Source of the DNA: Actinomycetes bacterium | Lineage (GTDB): Bacteria; Actinomycetota; Acidimicrobiia; Acidimicrobiales; Bog-793 | Length of the DNA: 64,000 nt | Assembly: GCA_021829645.1 (NCBI GenBank) | Contig: JAKBPI010000004.1 | Span: 31,750 to 95,749, forward strand | Reading direction: 5' to 3' | Part shown: one piece after another, positions 40,335 to 50,252 of the stretch | Layout: each line of letters opens with the position of its first letter | Numbering within the stretch: the first letter of the stretch is position 1 | Notes under the pieces: model-generated | The model's database searches: none | The model's input: only the letters and a program-made list of their open reading frames with translations | What the model was told of the DNA's origin: nothing | Translations under genes and position numbers: made by a program

Positions 40335-41533
40335 TGTCGGAGGGGTACTCGCGACAACCCGTACTACAAGGTCGGGACCACCGATCTGTGGCTACCAGCG
40401 GCTTGACATGGTCATACGATGTGACCCATCGTGTTGCCCCTACGAGAATGCCTCCTCATAGTCGATCTCTCGGTCCTCAACGACCTGTCTCATGAGGTCC
40501 CGAAGCATGGTAAGACGCTCTGCGACCTCCTCCTCACTCGGCTCGGACTGTACCAGGCCCCTTTGCAGTACCTCCGCCGGAGGGAAGATGAGCTGCCACA
40601 GCGGCCATGCCGTCACCCATCCCTGGCGTGAGAAGTAGAGACCGACCTTCCGTATGTCGTACTGGTCGTCGTAGTCGAGCAGGCAGTATCCCAACAGTTG
40701 CAGTAATGCCTTCCGGATCGCCGGAATATTGAACGATTTTGTCGTCTTCAACTCGAAGATCGTGCCCTCAATGATAAAGTCCGCATCCGCCCCACCAATG
40801 GCGTGGCTGCCTGCGAAGACAGGATTGGGGTGGTAGGTCAGAGCACCGCTCACTACCGGACCGATGAGATCACCGAAGGCGGCATCCGTTGAGCGGGAGA
40901 GGTTCACGACATCCTCGACGGCGCTGGTCGGAGCGAGTGCCAACAGCGGCTCGTCCTGAGGCCGAGCACTGCCTGTCTTCAAAAGTGGCAGTTGTGGCAC
41001 CCACTCACCTCTAGTCCGGTAAACGGATTCGAGCTGAGCGAGCACGACGCAGTAGGTGTCCAGCAGTCGCTCCTCCTCGTCGCCAAGCTGACAACCCGCT
41101 GGTGAGCACTGCTCTGTCATCTCGTCCAGGTTCGAAAAGAACCGGGCAAGATGCGGTTGAGTCGAAGTGTTCAGTCGTCCAAGGAGTATGGCTCCGTGCC
41201 ACGCCACGAAGTTTTGTCCCTGACACGGGGCGAGGTGATACCGAAGCCGGTAGTCGAAGGCTGCCCCAACCATCGACGGATTCGCCCCCGCTACCGGGGG
41301 GACCGTCGTGTTGGCGGAAAGGCCGTCCAAGTCGAGGAGGCGCTTGCAGGCGTCTGCTCAGGGTGCTCCTCGTCCGGCGTCAGCGACGAGCCGAAGGTAC
41401 TTCGTGATGGGCGAAGAAGGCTTGTCCAGCTCAGAGGTCAATGACATGGGCGTGGCTCCTCCCGAATCGTTGGCCTAGCCGCCGGGATGGACCCCGGACT
41501 GTCTGCGTGTGGGGTTATCTCGTGTCGGAGGGG
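40335..41533. mobile_element. GC-rich mini-islet integrated at the 3' end of tRNA-Leu(GAG)
   Basis: 11-bp direct repeat TGTCGGAGGGG at 40335-40345 and 41523-41533 (the tRNA 3' end); sharp GC rise between the two copies. Confidence 0.8.
40440..41447 (-). pseudogene. PD-(D/E)XK nuclease-like gene with an in-frame TGA at codon 30
   Basis: SD GGAGG before ATG 41447, in frame with the 296-aa ORF; TGA at 41358-41360; ADADFI-x-FELKT and QLLGY motifs. Confidence 0.72.
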
Positions 41534-41606
41534 GGACTTGAACCCCCACGCCCTTGCGGGCACTAGCCCCTCAAGCTAGCGCGTCTGCCTATTCCGCCAC
41601 TCCGAC
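41523..41606 (-). tRNA. tRNA-Leu(GAG)
   Basis: GTCGGAG...CTCCGAC-A acceptor stem; CTAGC-TT-GAG-GG-GCTAG anticodon arm; variable arm GCCC-GCAA-GGGC. Confidence 0.97.
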
Positions 41607-42122
41607 TTACACTACGTTGTTATCGTCCAACTATCTTCTTGGACTTGACACCGTTAGACGAATTTACTTTAGTACATCTCCGATGCTTTGGAAATCTTTT
41701 TACAGAGAAATATAGTTTCTTTCTATTTTATAGGGAGAGACAAGCGACTTCCTTGTAGGAATACAATTTAAGAGCAGACACTTCGGCAGTTATTTAGTGT
41801 CAGAGTGGGTTGTTTGATGTGTCCAAAACACGCTTTTAGCATAACAATTTGTAAACAACCCAAGGCTCCAAGAAATCATCCACCTGTCTTGTGTGTAAAA
41901 TTCTTATATCCAGGATATTTATAAAGTTCTAGCATAAATTTATAAAAAAGTGATTTTGTCTTCAGTGCTTCATACAAAGGTAATGCTATAGAAAATTACT
42001 AAACAAGAGCTAAAGATAAAACCCTCTTTAGAGTAGAAATATTAAATCTGAGGCTATATCATGCTAGGTAGTCAAATAGTTACTTTTAGTAACTATAAAA
42101 ATGGTCATTTTTCAGGAAATAT

Positions 42123-42152
42123 TTGACACGATAATATGAAAATATATAAAAT
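42123..42152 (+). promoter_or_regulatory. Housekeeping-sigma promoter of the expansin-GH30 gene
   Basis: TTGACA-18 nt-TAAAAT. Confidence 0.65.
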
Positions 42153-42179
42153 AGTATTAGCCAAAATCAATCTTGGCTA

Positions 42180-42193
42180 TCGAAATATTTCGA
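42180..42193. promoter_or_regulatory. Palindromic operator (CGAA-Nx-TTCG type)
   Basis: Perfect palindrome TCGAAATATTTCGA downstream of the promoter. Confidence 0.55.
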
Positions 42194-42293
42194 GATGTTA
42201 GTGGCCAAATAAGTTAGAGCCCGCTCAACAGAGTGGGCACATGTTATTTGTTGCATAACTTATCGAAGTAGACATACAATTTAGGGGGGAAAC

Positions 42294-45200
42294 TTGAGAT
42301 TACTAGGTAATAGTCATGCTTCACGGAACCATAGCGCCAGGTATAGAATTATTGCTACTTTCTTTACCGTTGCTCTTACAGTAGGAGCGATTCCGTTGAT
42401 GTTTTCGTTATCAGCAGCACAAGCTGCGGTTTCAGGCAGTTCTGGAGCCACCGCATGTGCTGTTGCAATTACTGTAACTGATCAGTGGCAAGGGGGCTTT
42501 ACTGCCAATGTGACTGTAACAAACAGTGGCACAGTAGAGACATCAAGCTGGTCAGTAGGTTGGACGTGGCCAAATAGTGGCACTACGATTTCAACATCAT
42601 GGAACACAGTTGTAACTCAAACTGGAAATAGTGTAACGGCTACAAATGAATCTTACAATGGACAAATAGCTCCTGGTCAATCTACATCATTTGGATTCCA
42701 AGCCACTTCCACTGGCAACATTGCAGCTCCGACATCCTTCACATTAAATGGAACACCATGTGGATCGTCATCAAGTAGTACTACCACCACGACGGCCATT
42801 GCCACTACATCAACAACAGCTGCTTCCTCAGGGACATCGACTTCCAGTTCTGGAACCTCGAGCGGTACTTCAGCAAATAGTGGAGCAACTCAGAGCTCTA
42901 CTTATACTGGCAATGCAACGTATTTTTCCGGTCTTGGATCTCCTTATGGGGGTTGTGGCTTGCCACAGGCAAACTTGGATTCTCAGAACTTCTTAGCTCT
43001 AAACGTTCAGAATACTCCAGGAAATTACAGCACCTTCTTGCCGCGACCAATTCCTGCTGTTGACGCTGCTGAAATAGGCATGTTTAACAACGGACTTAAC
43101 TGCGATAGATGGGTGCACGTTACGATTGGAGACTACTGCACTGGAACTAATGACGGTGCTCCTAACGAACCATTCTGCCGTAACGGATCATGGGTTGCCG
43201 ATCAGTACAATGGTGCAACATTAAACTTTATTGTTGCTGATAGTTGTCAAGACGCAAACGCTTGGTGCAGAGATGACCCTTATCATGTTGATTTAGCGGA
43301 AAATTCGTTAAATAAGTTTATTTTGAACGGAAGTCCAGTGGGCACCCTTTCCAGTAAATGGAACAACAGACAAGTACACTGGTATTTTGAATCTGCACCA
43401 AATTATACAGGTGACATCAATATTGGTTTTATACAAGGGGCCGGAACATACTGGTCGGCAATAGCCATTAATCACCTACAAAATGGTATCCATGGGGTTG
43501 AATACATGAGCGGTGGGCAGTGGCAATCGGCAACCATGGACGCTGACATGGGTGACGATTACATAATTAAGCCAACAACGCCAGGTGGTGGGGCGTATGA
43601 AATCAAAGTAGAAAATGTTAATGGCCAATGGATTAATAATGGAAGAGAGTACTTCTTTAATTTTCCATCAAGCTGCGGTTCGCAATGCTCACCTGCCTAC
43701 ACAGCAGTCACTTATACAACTGCCAATCCTTCCACAGCGTCCAATTCCGGTGTTACCACCACGACACAGGCTCCTGTAACTACAACAGCTGCTCCTGTGA
43801 CAACTACGGCTGCTCCTGTTACTACGACAGCTTCACCTACCACTACAGTTGCACCTACCACTACAGTTGCACCTACCACTACAGTTGCACCTACCACAAC
43901 AGCTGCTCCTACCACCACGACACAGGCTCCTGTTACCACAACAGCTGCTCCTGTTACCACAACTGCCGCTCCTACAACCACTGGTACATGTGATGTAGTA
44001 ATGGCTATTACAAGTCAGTGGACAACCGGTGCCAGCTCAGGAGGCTTTACAGCCAACGTAACAGTTAGCAACAATTCAGGAATAGCTCTGAATGCTTGGT
44101 CGGTAGGTTGGAGATGGCCTTCGGGTCAGACAGTAACTGATTCATGGAATGCAGTAATTACTCAAACCTCATCACTTGCTATAGCCAACAACCAAACCAT
44201 AAGCATATCCGGTGATGCACCTATTCTGGTTGGACAACCAATACCTGCTCACTCAGCAGAGACATTCGGTTTGGAAGGTACATGGACAGGTTCTAACACA
44301 GTACCTACGTCATTTACCCTAAATGGTCAACCCTGTGGCGTAACAACATCTACCACAGCTGCTCCTACCACCACCACAGCTGCTCCTACCACCACTACAG
44401 TTGCACCTACTACCACAACAGCTGCTCCTACCACAACCACAGCTGCACCTACTACCACAACAGCTGCTCCTACCACCACTACAGCTGCACCTACAACCAC
44501 CACAGCTGCACCTACAACCACCACAGCTGCTCCTGTGACAACTTCTTCTTGTGGTGTAACAATGACCATTTCAAGCCAGTGGGCTGGAGGATTCACTGCC
44601 AACGTGACAGTAAGTGCCGGTTCATCTGCTCTGTCATCTTGGACCGTAGGATTCAACCTGCCTTCAGGTGCTGCTATAACCAACTCATGGAGTGCCGTGA
44701 TTACAACATCTGGCTCTTCGGTTACAGCTGCAAATGAAAACTACAACGGTTCACTTGCAGCAGGTCAATCTACATCGTTTGGCTTCCAGGGTACTGACAC
44801 AGGTACTATTTCACCTGCAACGTCATTTACCCTAAATGGTCAACCCTGTGGATCCACAACGAATACTCAGGCACCCACCACAACAGCTGCTCCTGTAAAT
44901 ACAACACAGGCTCCTGTAAATACAACACAGGCTCCTACCACAACTACAGCTGCACCTACCACAACTGTTACACAGACACCTATTACCACAAGTGCCGCTG
45001 CCAACATAGCCGTCAGCTCTGGGACAAAGTATCAAACCATAAACGGGTTTGGCTTCTCACAGGCTTTCGGACAGGCAGAGTCGATAGCTTTCTTGCCATC
45101 GACCGAGCAGCAGGCTGTACTGAATCTCCTCTTCTCTCCGACCTCCGGAGCCGGATTTTCTATCCTGCGCTTTGGTCTGGGAGGAGCAGGATCAGGTACT

Positions 45201-46265
45201 AACTCATCTAACGGTCAGGTATGGCTTGGTCTTCAGGCCAAGACTTATGGAGTAAGCACCTTCTATGCCGACTCATGGAGTGCACCGGCTACCATGAAGA
45301 CCAACAACTCCATCAATGGAGGAGGAGACCTCTGTGGTGCACCAGGTGCTGCTACTTGTAGTAATGGTGACCAAAGAGCTGCTTATGCTTCTTACCTAGC
45401 CGGACAGGCTTCTGACTTTGCTCAGGCCGGTCTTCCTCTCAAGTACATCGACTTTGTCAATGAACCGGACTTCACACCTTCCTATGCAGGTATGGAAATG
45501 ACTGCTGCCCAAATGGCTAACTTCATTCCTTACCTCGGCAAAGCTTTGGCATCTGCCGGACTTAGTACAAAAGTGGCCTGTTGCGATCCTATGGGATGGC
45601 AAGACGAAGCCAGCTGGGCACCTACTATCTTGGCATCATCTGGTGCCAGCTATGTCGGTCTTTTATCCAGCCACGGGTACGCCTCTCCTCCTACCAGCCC
45701 CATCCCATCCCAGGGAAGGCCGGTTTGGGAAACCGAATGGTCAACATCTCATTCTTGGGATCCGGCCTGGAACGACGGCACTTCAGAATCAGGCCTTACT
45801 TGGGCTAACCATATCGAAGTCGGTCTTGTCAATGCCGATGTTAACGCCTTCTTCTACTGGTGGGGCGCCGACAATTTGAACGGTGGAGACGGAAGTTTAA
45901 TTAACCTTACCAGCTCCGGATACCAAGTCTCAGGCAGACTTTGGGCGTATGCTAACTTCTCTAGGTTTATACGACCCGGTGCTACCAGAATAGGCGATAA
46001 TTTGACAGGTCAGAGTCAAAACCTACTCTCCAGCGCTTACCTCAGCTCCAATGGAACTGAGACCATTGTGGTCGTAATCAACAATGGAAGTTCTTCTACG
46101 ACAGTGGGTATCAACCTCGGATCATCTTCTTCTGCTACCTCTGCCGTTCCTTACACAACAGATTCAAGTGAAAATGTTGCGCAACAACCTACCATTGCAG
46201 TCAGCGGAGGCAGCTTCACCGCCAGTGTACCCGCAGGCTCAATCACAACTTACGTAATAAGCTGA
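42294..46265 (+). CDS. Secreted CBM2-expansin-CBM2-CBM2-GH30 modular protein
   Basis: Signal peptide ending AQA; three C...QW..GFTANVTV...LNG.PC CBM2 modules; expansin GNATYF..GGCG..DSC..HVDL; GH30 GFG, VNEPD, WETEW, FSRFIRPG. Confidence 0.9.
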   Translation: MRLLGNSHASRNHSARYRIIATFFTVALTVGAIPLMFSLSAAQAAVSGSSGATACAVAITVTDQWQGGFTANVTVTNSGTVETSSWSVGWTWPNSGTTISTSWNTVVTQTGNSVTATNESYNGQIAPGQSTSFGFQATSTGNIAAPTSFTLNGTPCGSSSSSTTTTTAIATTSTTAASSGTSTSSSGTSSGTSANSGATQSSTYTGNATYFSGLGSPYGGCGLPQANLDSQNFLALNVQNTPGNYSTFLPRPIPAVDAAEIGMFNNGLNCDRWVHVTIGDYCTGTNDGAPNEPFCRNGSWVADQYNGATLNFIVADSCQDANAWCRDDPYHVDLAENSLNKFILNGSPVGTLSSKWNNRQVHWYFESAPNYTGDINIGFIQGAGTYWSAIAINHLQNGIHGVEYMSGGQWQSATMDADMGDDYIIKPTTPGGGAYEIKVENVNGQWINNGREYFFNFPSSCGSQCSPAYTAVTYTTANPSTASNSGVTTTTQAPVTTTAAPVTTTAAPVTTTASPTTTVAPTTTVAPTTTVAPTTTAAPTTTTQAPVTTTAAPVTTTAAPTTTGTCDVVMAITSQWTTGASSGGFTANVTVSNNSGIALNAWSVGWRWPSGQTVTDSWNAVITQTSSLAIANNQTISISGDAPILVGQPIPAHSAETFGLEGTWTGSNTVPTSFTLNGQPCGVTTSTTAAPTTTTAAPTTTTVAPTTTTAAPTTTTAAPTTTTAAPTTTTAAPTTTTAAPTTTTAAPVTTSSCGVTMTISSQWAGGFTANVTVSAGSSALSSWTVGFNLPSGAAITNSWSAVITTSGSSVTAANENYNGSLAAGQSTSFGFQGTDTGTISPATSFTLNGQPCGSTTNTQAPTTTAAPVNTTQAPVNTTQAPTTTTAAPTTTVTQTPITTSAAANIAVSSGTKYQTINGFGFSQAFGQAESIAFLPSTEQQAVLNLLFSPTSGAGFSILRFGLGGAGSGTNSSNGQVWLGLQAKTYGVSTFYADSWSAPATMKTNNSINGGGDLCGAPGAATCSNGDQRAAYASYLAGQASDFAQAGLPLKYIDFVNEPDFTPSYAGMEMTAAQMANFIPYLGKALASAGLSTKVACCDPMGWQDEASWAPTILASSGASYVGLLSSHGYASPPTSPIPSQGRPVWETEWSTSHSWDPAWNDGTSESGLTWANHIEVGLVNADVNAFFYWWGADNLNGGDGSLINLTSSGYQVSGRLWAYANFSRFIRPGATRIGDNLTGQSQNLLSSAYLSSNGTETIVVVINNGSSSTTVGINLGSSSSATSAVPYTTDSSENVAQQPTIAVSGGSFTASVPAGSITTYVIS
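43750..43982 (+). repeat. 18/21-bp coding tandem repeats (Thr/Ala/Pro linker 1)
   Basis: Degenerate repeats encoding VTTTAAP/TTTVAP. Confidence 0.85.
44350..44543 (+). repeat. 21-bp coding tandem repeats (Thr/Ala/Pro linker 2)
   Basis: About nine TTTTAAP units with synonymous variation. Confidence 0.88.
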
Positions 46266-46284
46266 TCTAGGTCACCTTATTATC

Positions 46285-46324
46285 AAAAAGGGCTCAGCCG
46301 GCTCAAACCGGTTGGGCCCTTTTT
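46285..46324. terminator. Intrinsic terminator, potentially bidirectional
   Basis: AAAAAGGGCTCAGCCGG-ctcaaa-CCGGTTGGGCCCTTTTT. Confidence 0.88.
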
Positions 46325-46507
46325 ATGTAATATCCGGATATAGATGAGGATATGTATCTTATATCGGCAGTTCTGCTATTGGTAAAATATGGATAGCACT
46401 GCACTTGTGTCTTCTGATCCGACATATTGATTCTGTAGATAGCAAAATAACTGCTAAATAATTTTATGAAGTTCATATTCGACAGAACTAGGTAATAAAA
46501 TCTTTTC

Positions 46508-47383
46508 ATGCAAGACATTACATGGAGTCCAAAAGGTCCAAATCTTGTTATTCTAGGAGATAACTTGAATGTCCTTAAGTCGTTTCCGGATAAATCACTG
46601 CAGTTAATTTATATTGATCCTCCATTTAATACGGGACGTGTACAAGAGAGAATTTCTTTGAAGACATTCAGGTCTTCTACCGGTTCCAGAATTGGATTTA
46701 AAGGTATGCAATATGAAAGTATTAGAAATTCGATTACTAGTTATGATGATGTATTTGCAGATTACTGGGAGTTTCTTGAACCAAGGTTGATTGAAGCATG
46801 GCGCTTGCTTTCCGATACAGGTACTTTTTATTTACATCTTGACTATCGGGAAGTACATTACGCAAAAGTCTTGCTTGATTTTATATTCGGTCGGGAATGC
46901 TTTCTGAACGAAATTATTTGGTCGTATGATTATGGCGGAAAAACAAAAAAGAAATGGCCTCCGAAGCACGATAATATATTGGTTTACGTTAAAAATCCTA
47001 CCAAATACGTATTCAATTCCGAGACGGTTGACCGTGAGCCATATATGGCCCCAGGGCTAGTTTCTACCGAAAAAGCGGCTAAAGGCAAATTGCCTACAGA
47101 TGTTTGGTGGCATACTATCGTTTCCCCTACAGGAAAAGAAAAAACCGGATATGCAACGCAAAAGCCACTAGGTATTCTTCGCCGCATAATTCAGGCAAGT
47201 AGTAAAGAAAATGATTGGGTTATGGATTTTTTTTGTGGTAGCGGAACTTTGGGTGCTGCGGCGAAAGAACTCAATAGAAATTTTATTCTGATTGATCAAA
47301 ACAGAACTGCTATTGACATCACTAAAAAGCGTTTGGGGAGTAGCACTGGGAATAGATCGATTGAGTATTTTGTCGATGGGTAG
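46508..47383 (+). CDS. Orphan N6-A/N4-C DNA methyltransferase (beta class)
   Basis: IYIDPPF precedes YATQKP and DFFCGSGT; no adjacent endonuclease. Confidence 0.92.
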   Translation: MQDITWSPKGPNLVILGDNLNVLKSFPDKSLQLIYIDPPFNTGRVQERISLKTFRSSTGSRIGFKGMQYESIRNSITSYDDVFADYWEFLEPRLIEAWRLLSDTGTFYLHLDYREVHYAKVLLDFIFGRECFLNEIIWSYDYGGKTKKKWPPKHDNILVYVKNPTKYVFNSETVDREPYMAPGLVSTEKAAKGKLPTDVWWHTIVSPTGKEKTGYATQKPLGILRRIIQASSKENDWVMDFFCGSGTLGAAAKELNRNFILIDQNRTAIDITKKRLGSSTGNRSIEYFVDG

Positions 47384-47528
47384 CCTGTATTTGTAAGTGT
47401 CAGAATTGTCATTTTACTTTGATTTGCGCAAAATTGATTACTGAGGGCATCTTTCAGGTAAAAAGATTTTAATAAATTTTATGTAATGACCTAACGAATT
47501 TCGATAACCTATGTGCTTAGATGGATAA

Positions 47529-48218
47529 ATGACTTCACGTATTTTTTTTACTCTCCGCAACCAGAAGGCAGTTGACCTTAAGAATACGCATATGGTAAAT
47601 ATTCCCATAGCACTACTCTCCGTTGCTCTTGGTCATGCCAGTATCATGCCAGGTGTACATTGGGAATCTTTTATCCATACACAAACCATCCAAGAAACTA
47701 TCAACACTCAGGCAAATAAGTCATCCGGAGAACAGTCAATGGTCTATACGGAAAATAAAGTCATTATTGATAAGATGTATATTAGATTAGTTAACAATAG
47801 AGCCTACATACTGAACAACAATGCAACGGCCTTACATAATCTGCTCAATTTGAACTTAAATATAACTCGTAACCTAGTCAATAAGTGGATTTATTTACCG
47901 AAATCATTTCATCAATACGCGCAGATCGTTGCCGGTTTGTCAATGGCTACCGTCGTGAATGAATTGCAGATGAATGGGAAAGTTATCAAAGGTAAAATTG
48001 CAACTTATAATCATCAAAAGGCTATTCCATTAAGCGGATCGGTACCGGGTAGTAGCATTAAACAAACCGTCTATCTGACGGATGTAAAAGCACCTTTGCC
48101 GATAGCGGTTGTGGATCAGGAAGGTACAAACCGTTCGGTTACTTATTTTGGACCTTGGAAAGCTGCCAAAATATATACTCCCCTTCACTATTTAGTATAT
48201 TCCAGCCATCTTAAATAG
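47529..48218 (+). CDS. Hypothetical exported protein
   Basis: 229-aa ORF with a hydrophobic segment near the alternative start (MVNIPIALL); beta-rich. Confidence 0.55.
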   Translation: MTSRIFFTLRNQKAVDLKNTHMVNIPIALLSVALGHASIMPGVHWESFIHTQTIQETINTQANKSSGEQSMVYTENKVIIDKMYIRLVNNRAYILNNNATALHNLLNLNLNITRNLVNKWIYLPKSFHQYAQIVAGLSMATVVNELQMNGKVIKGKIATYNHQKAIPLSGSVPGSSIKQTVYLTDVKAPLPIAVVDQEGTNRSVTYFGPWKAAKIYTPLHYLVYSSHLK

Positions 48219-48221
48219 GAA

Positions 48222-50252
48222 TTAATGTAAAACAGGTATTGGGGAATTTAACTGAATTCCCCAATCAGCCATGTCCCACCCAAATGTTGCTGGTCCGCTA
48301 CCATAGGTAACGTTTTCCACACCAACGCGTACTATCAAATCAGCCGGCAATTGAAATAATGGCAACGTTGGCATTGCTTGCCATATGAGTGCATCAGCTT
48401 GATTGTAATCAGAGATACTTATCGGAGTATTCAGCTGTTGGTTTGCTTGTTGTAACAAGGAAGAGACTGCCGAAGATTGAAACCCCGATATGTTTGAGTT
48501 TACAGCATCGTCAGCAAGACTAAAAGGATCACTTTGTGAATGCAGAGTCAAGCTTGATAATCCATAGTCAATTTTGTTAATAGTATTAGTGAAATTGCTG
48601 TGATTGATCTTTATATTATGGCTCTCGTGACCGGTTATTTTTTGGTGTTTATTTGGATTTGATTTTGTAACATGTAAGTCTGACTTGAGTGTCGCTTCAG
48701 AATAATCAGGATTCACATATAGAGCCGCATTTGCTACAGGAAATTGGGAAAGATCATAAGGAGCAAGAGCAAATTGGAATTTTCCTTCTGGGAGTGAATT
48801 GTCCAACATGGTATGTAGCGTTTCATACTTTAGTGACACCCTGATGCCTGAGTAACGTAATTCTGCACTGATGACACCAGCCATAGCGTCGGCTAATTTT
48901 GCTTTTAGTGGCACCAAAAGTGTCAGCTTCAATGGGGTGCCTTTCTTTGATATATAGTTGCCGTTTTGATTCATATGGTATTTTGCAGCGATAAGGTATT
49001 GTGCGGCATTAGGTAGATTGCTTTGCTGAAAACCGGCGCTGTTTCCTGCACTTTGCGGGTATCCGCGTAGAAATAATTGGTTATTATTCATGCTGAAATC
49101 GCTGGAAATGATGCCTTCCGTATCCCAAAATATTTCCGTTCTGTCAATAATACTGGCTATGGCATTTCGCAAGTTGAGATTTGAAAGCGGAGATACGGCA
49201 ACGTTGAAAACTATCTGCCACAACCGTGATGTAGTTACTTGTGTAGCTACCACAGAAGGGTTTGCATTCAGAAATGACGACAGTTGGCTGTTTGGTGCAG
49301 AAGAAGATATGTCAACTGTGCCGTTCGCCAGGTCCCTGATCATTTGGGATTCATTGCTGACAACCAAGAATTTGATATATTCCAAGTTGGCTTTTGTGCC
49401 AAAGTAATTTGCATTTTGGGCTAACAATAAACTTTTTCCGGGAATGTAGTTCTTGATGACGAAAGGACCACCTGAAGGCAAATTGACAAAATCAGAATAA
49501 TTAGACAATTTCGGCAGTCCTGCTTTTGTCAGGAGCCACGGAGGAATAATTGTCGAAAATAACCCGTTCCAATCGGCATAAGGGTGAGTAAATGTTAACA
49601 AAACCTCCGTACCGCTGTTGAGAGAAACCATAGTGCTGATATCGCTATAGCCACTGACGAGGAGGTTGGGTGGTAAAGAAGCGGAGTTCTGTAGTATGAA
49701 ATGCCACATTGCGATAAAGTCATTTGCCGTGATTGGTTGACCGGAAGCCCATTTAGCACCAGGGGTAATTTGATATTCGACTCGTTGTGGATTAATACCC
49801 ACAACTTCCGCACTCTGAATAAGTGATTGTTGCAGAACCATTTGATCACCGGAACCAACCGCAAAAACACCAGGCCAGATTGCTGAGTCTATCATTTCCG
49901 CTACGGAGTTTTGGCCTTGCGGTGTATATGGGTTAAGACTTCTCGGGAGCTGTTGTACTCCGACAGTTACTTCCCCTCCGTTTTCCAATGCCATTTGGCT
50001 TACAGGAGCGATAGTAGTGGTTGTGGTATTGACAATCGGAGAATCTATGGAGGGGAACCCACTGTCATTATTAAAAACCCATTGGGTGGGATTTTGGATA
50101 ATATTTACAGTATTTCCAGAATTAACTCCTAAGGCATAAGAATATGACTCGGAAGAAGAAATTACACTAATTATCGCCGATAAAGAAAAAAATACTACTA
50201 AAAATTTGATGTAGTAAGGTCGCAAAAATAGGCTTTCCTTTCTTACCCCCAC
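48222..50252 (-). CDS. ABC transporter substrate-binding protein, family 5
   Basis: AKWASGQPITANDF, SGGPF, LRNAIASIIDR, MPTLPLFQ. Confidence 0.88.
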   Translation of the reverse strand: MGVRKESLFLRPYYIKFLVVFFSLSAIISVISSSESYSYALGVNSGNTVNIIQNPTQWVFNNDSGFPSIDSPIVNTTTTTIAPVSQMALENGGEVTVGVQQLPRSLNPYTPQGQNSVAEMIDSAIWPGVFAVGSGDQMVLQQSLIQSAEVVGINPQRVEYQITPGAKWASGQPITANDFIAMWHFILQNSASLPPNLLVSGYSDISTMVSLNSGTEVLLTFTHPYADWNGLFSTIIPPWLLTKAGLPKLSNYSDFVNLPSGGPFVIKNYIPGKSLLLAQNANYFGTKANLEYIKFLVVSNESQMIRDLANGTVDISSSAPNSQLSSFLNANPSVVATQVTTSRLWQIVFNVAVSPLSNLNLRNAIASIIDRTEIFWDTEGIISSDFSMNNNQLFLRGYPQSAGNSAGFQQSNLPNAAQYLIAAKYHMNQNGNYISKKGTPLKLTLLVPLKAKLADAMAGVISAELRYSGIRVSLKYETLHTMLDNSLPEGKFQFALAPYDLSQFPVANAALYVNPDYSEATLKSDLHVTKSNPNKHQKITGHESHNIKINHSNFTNTINKIDYGLSSLTLHSQSDPFSLADDAVNSNISGFQSSAVSSLLQQANQQLNTPISISDYNQADALIWQAMPTLPLFQLPADLIVRVGVENVTYGSGPATFGWDMADWGIQLNSPIPVLH

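Noticed and set aside
41358-41360. TGA as selenocysteine or alternative genetic code
   Set aside because: Only a 4-bp hairpin follows, not a convincing SECIS; TGA is used as a stop elsewhere in the window (e.g. fabD, pgk, gap).
43750-44543. CRISPR-like or satellite repeat array
   Set aside because: The repeats have no spacers and vary at synonymous positions; they are coding Thr/Pro linkers. The antisense Val-rich ORFs are shadows.
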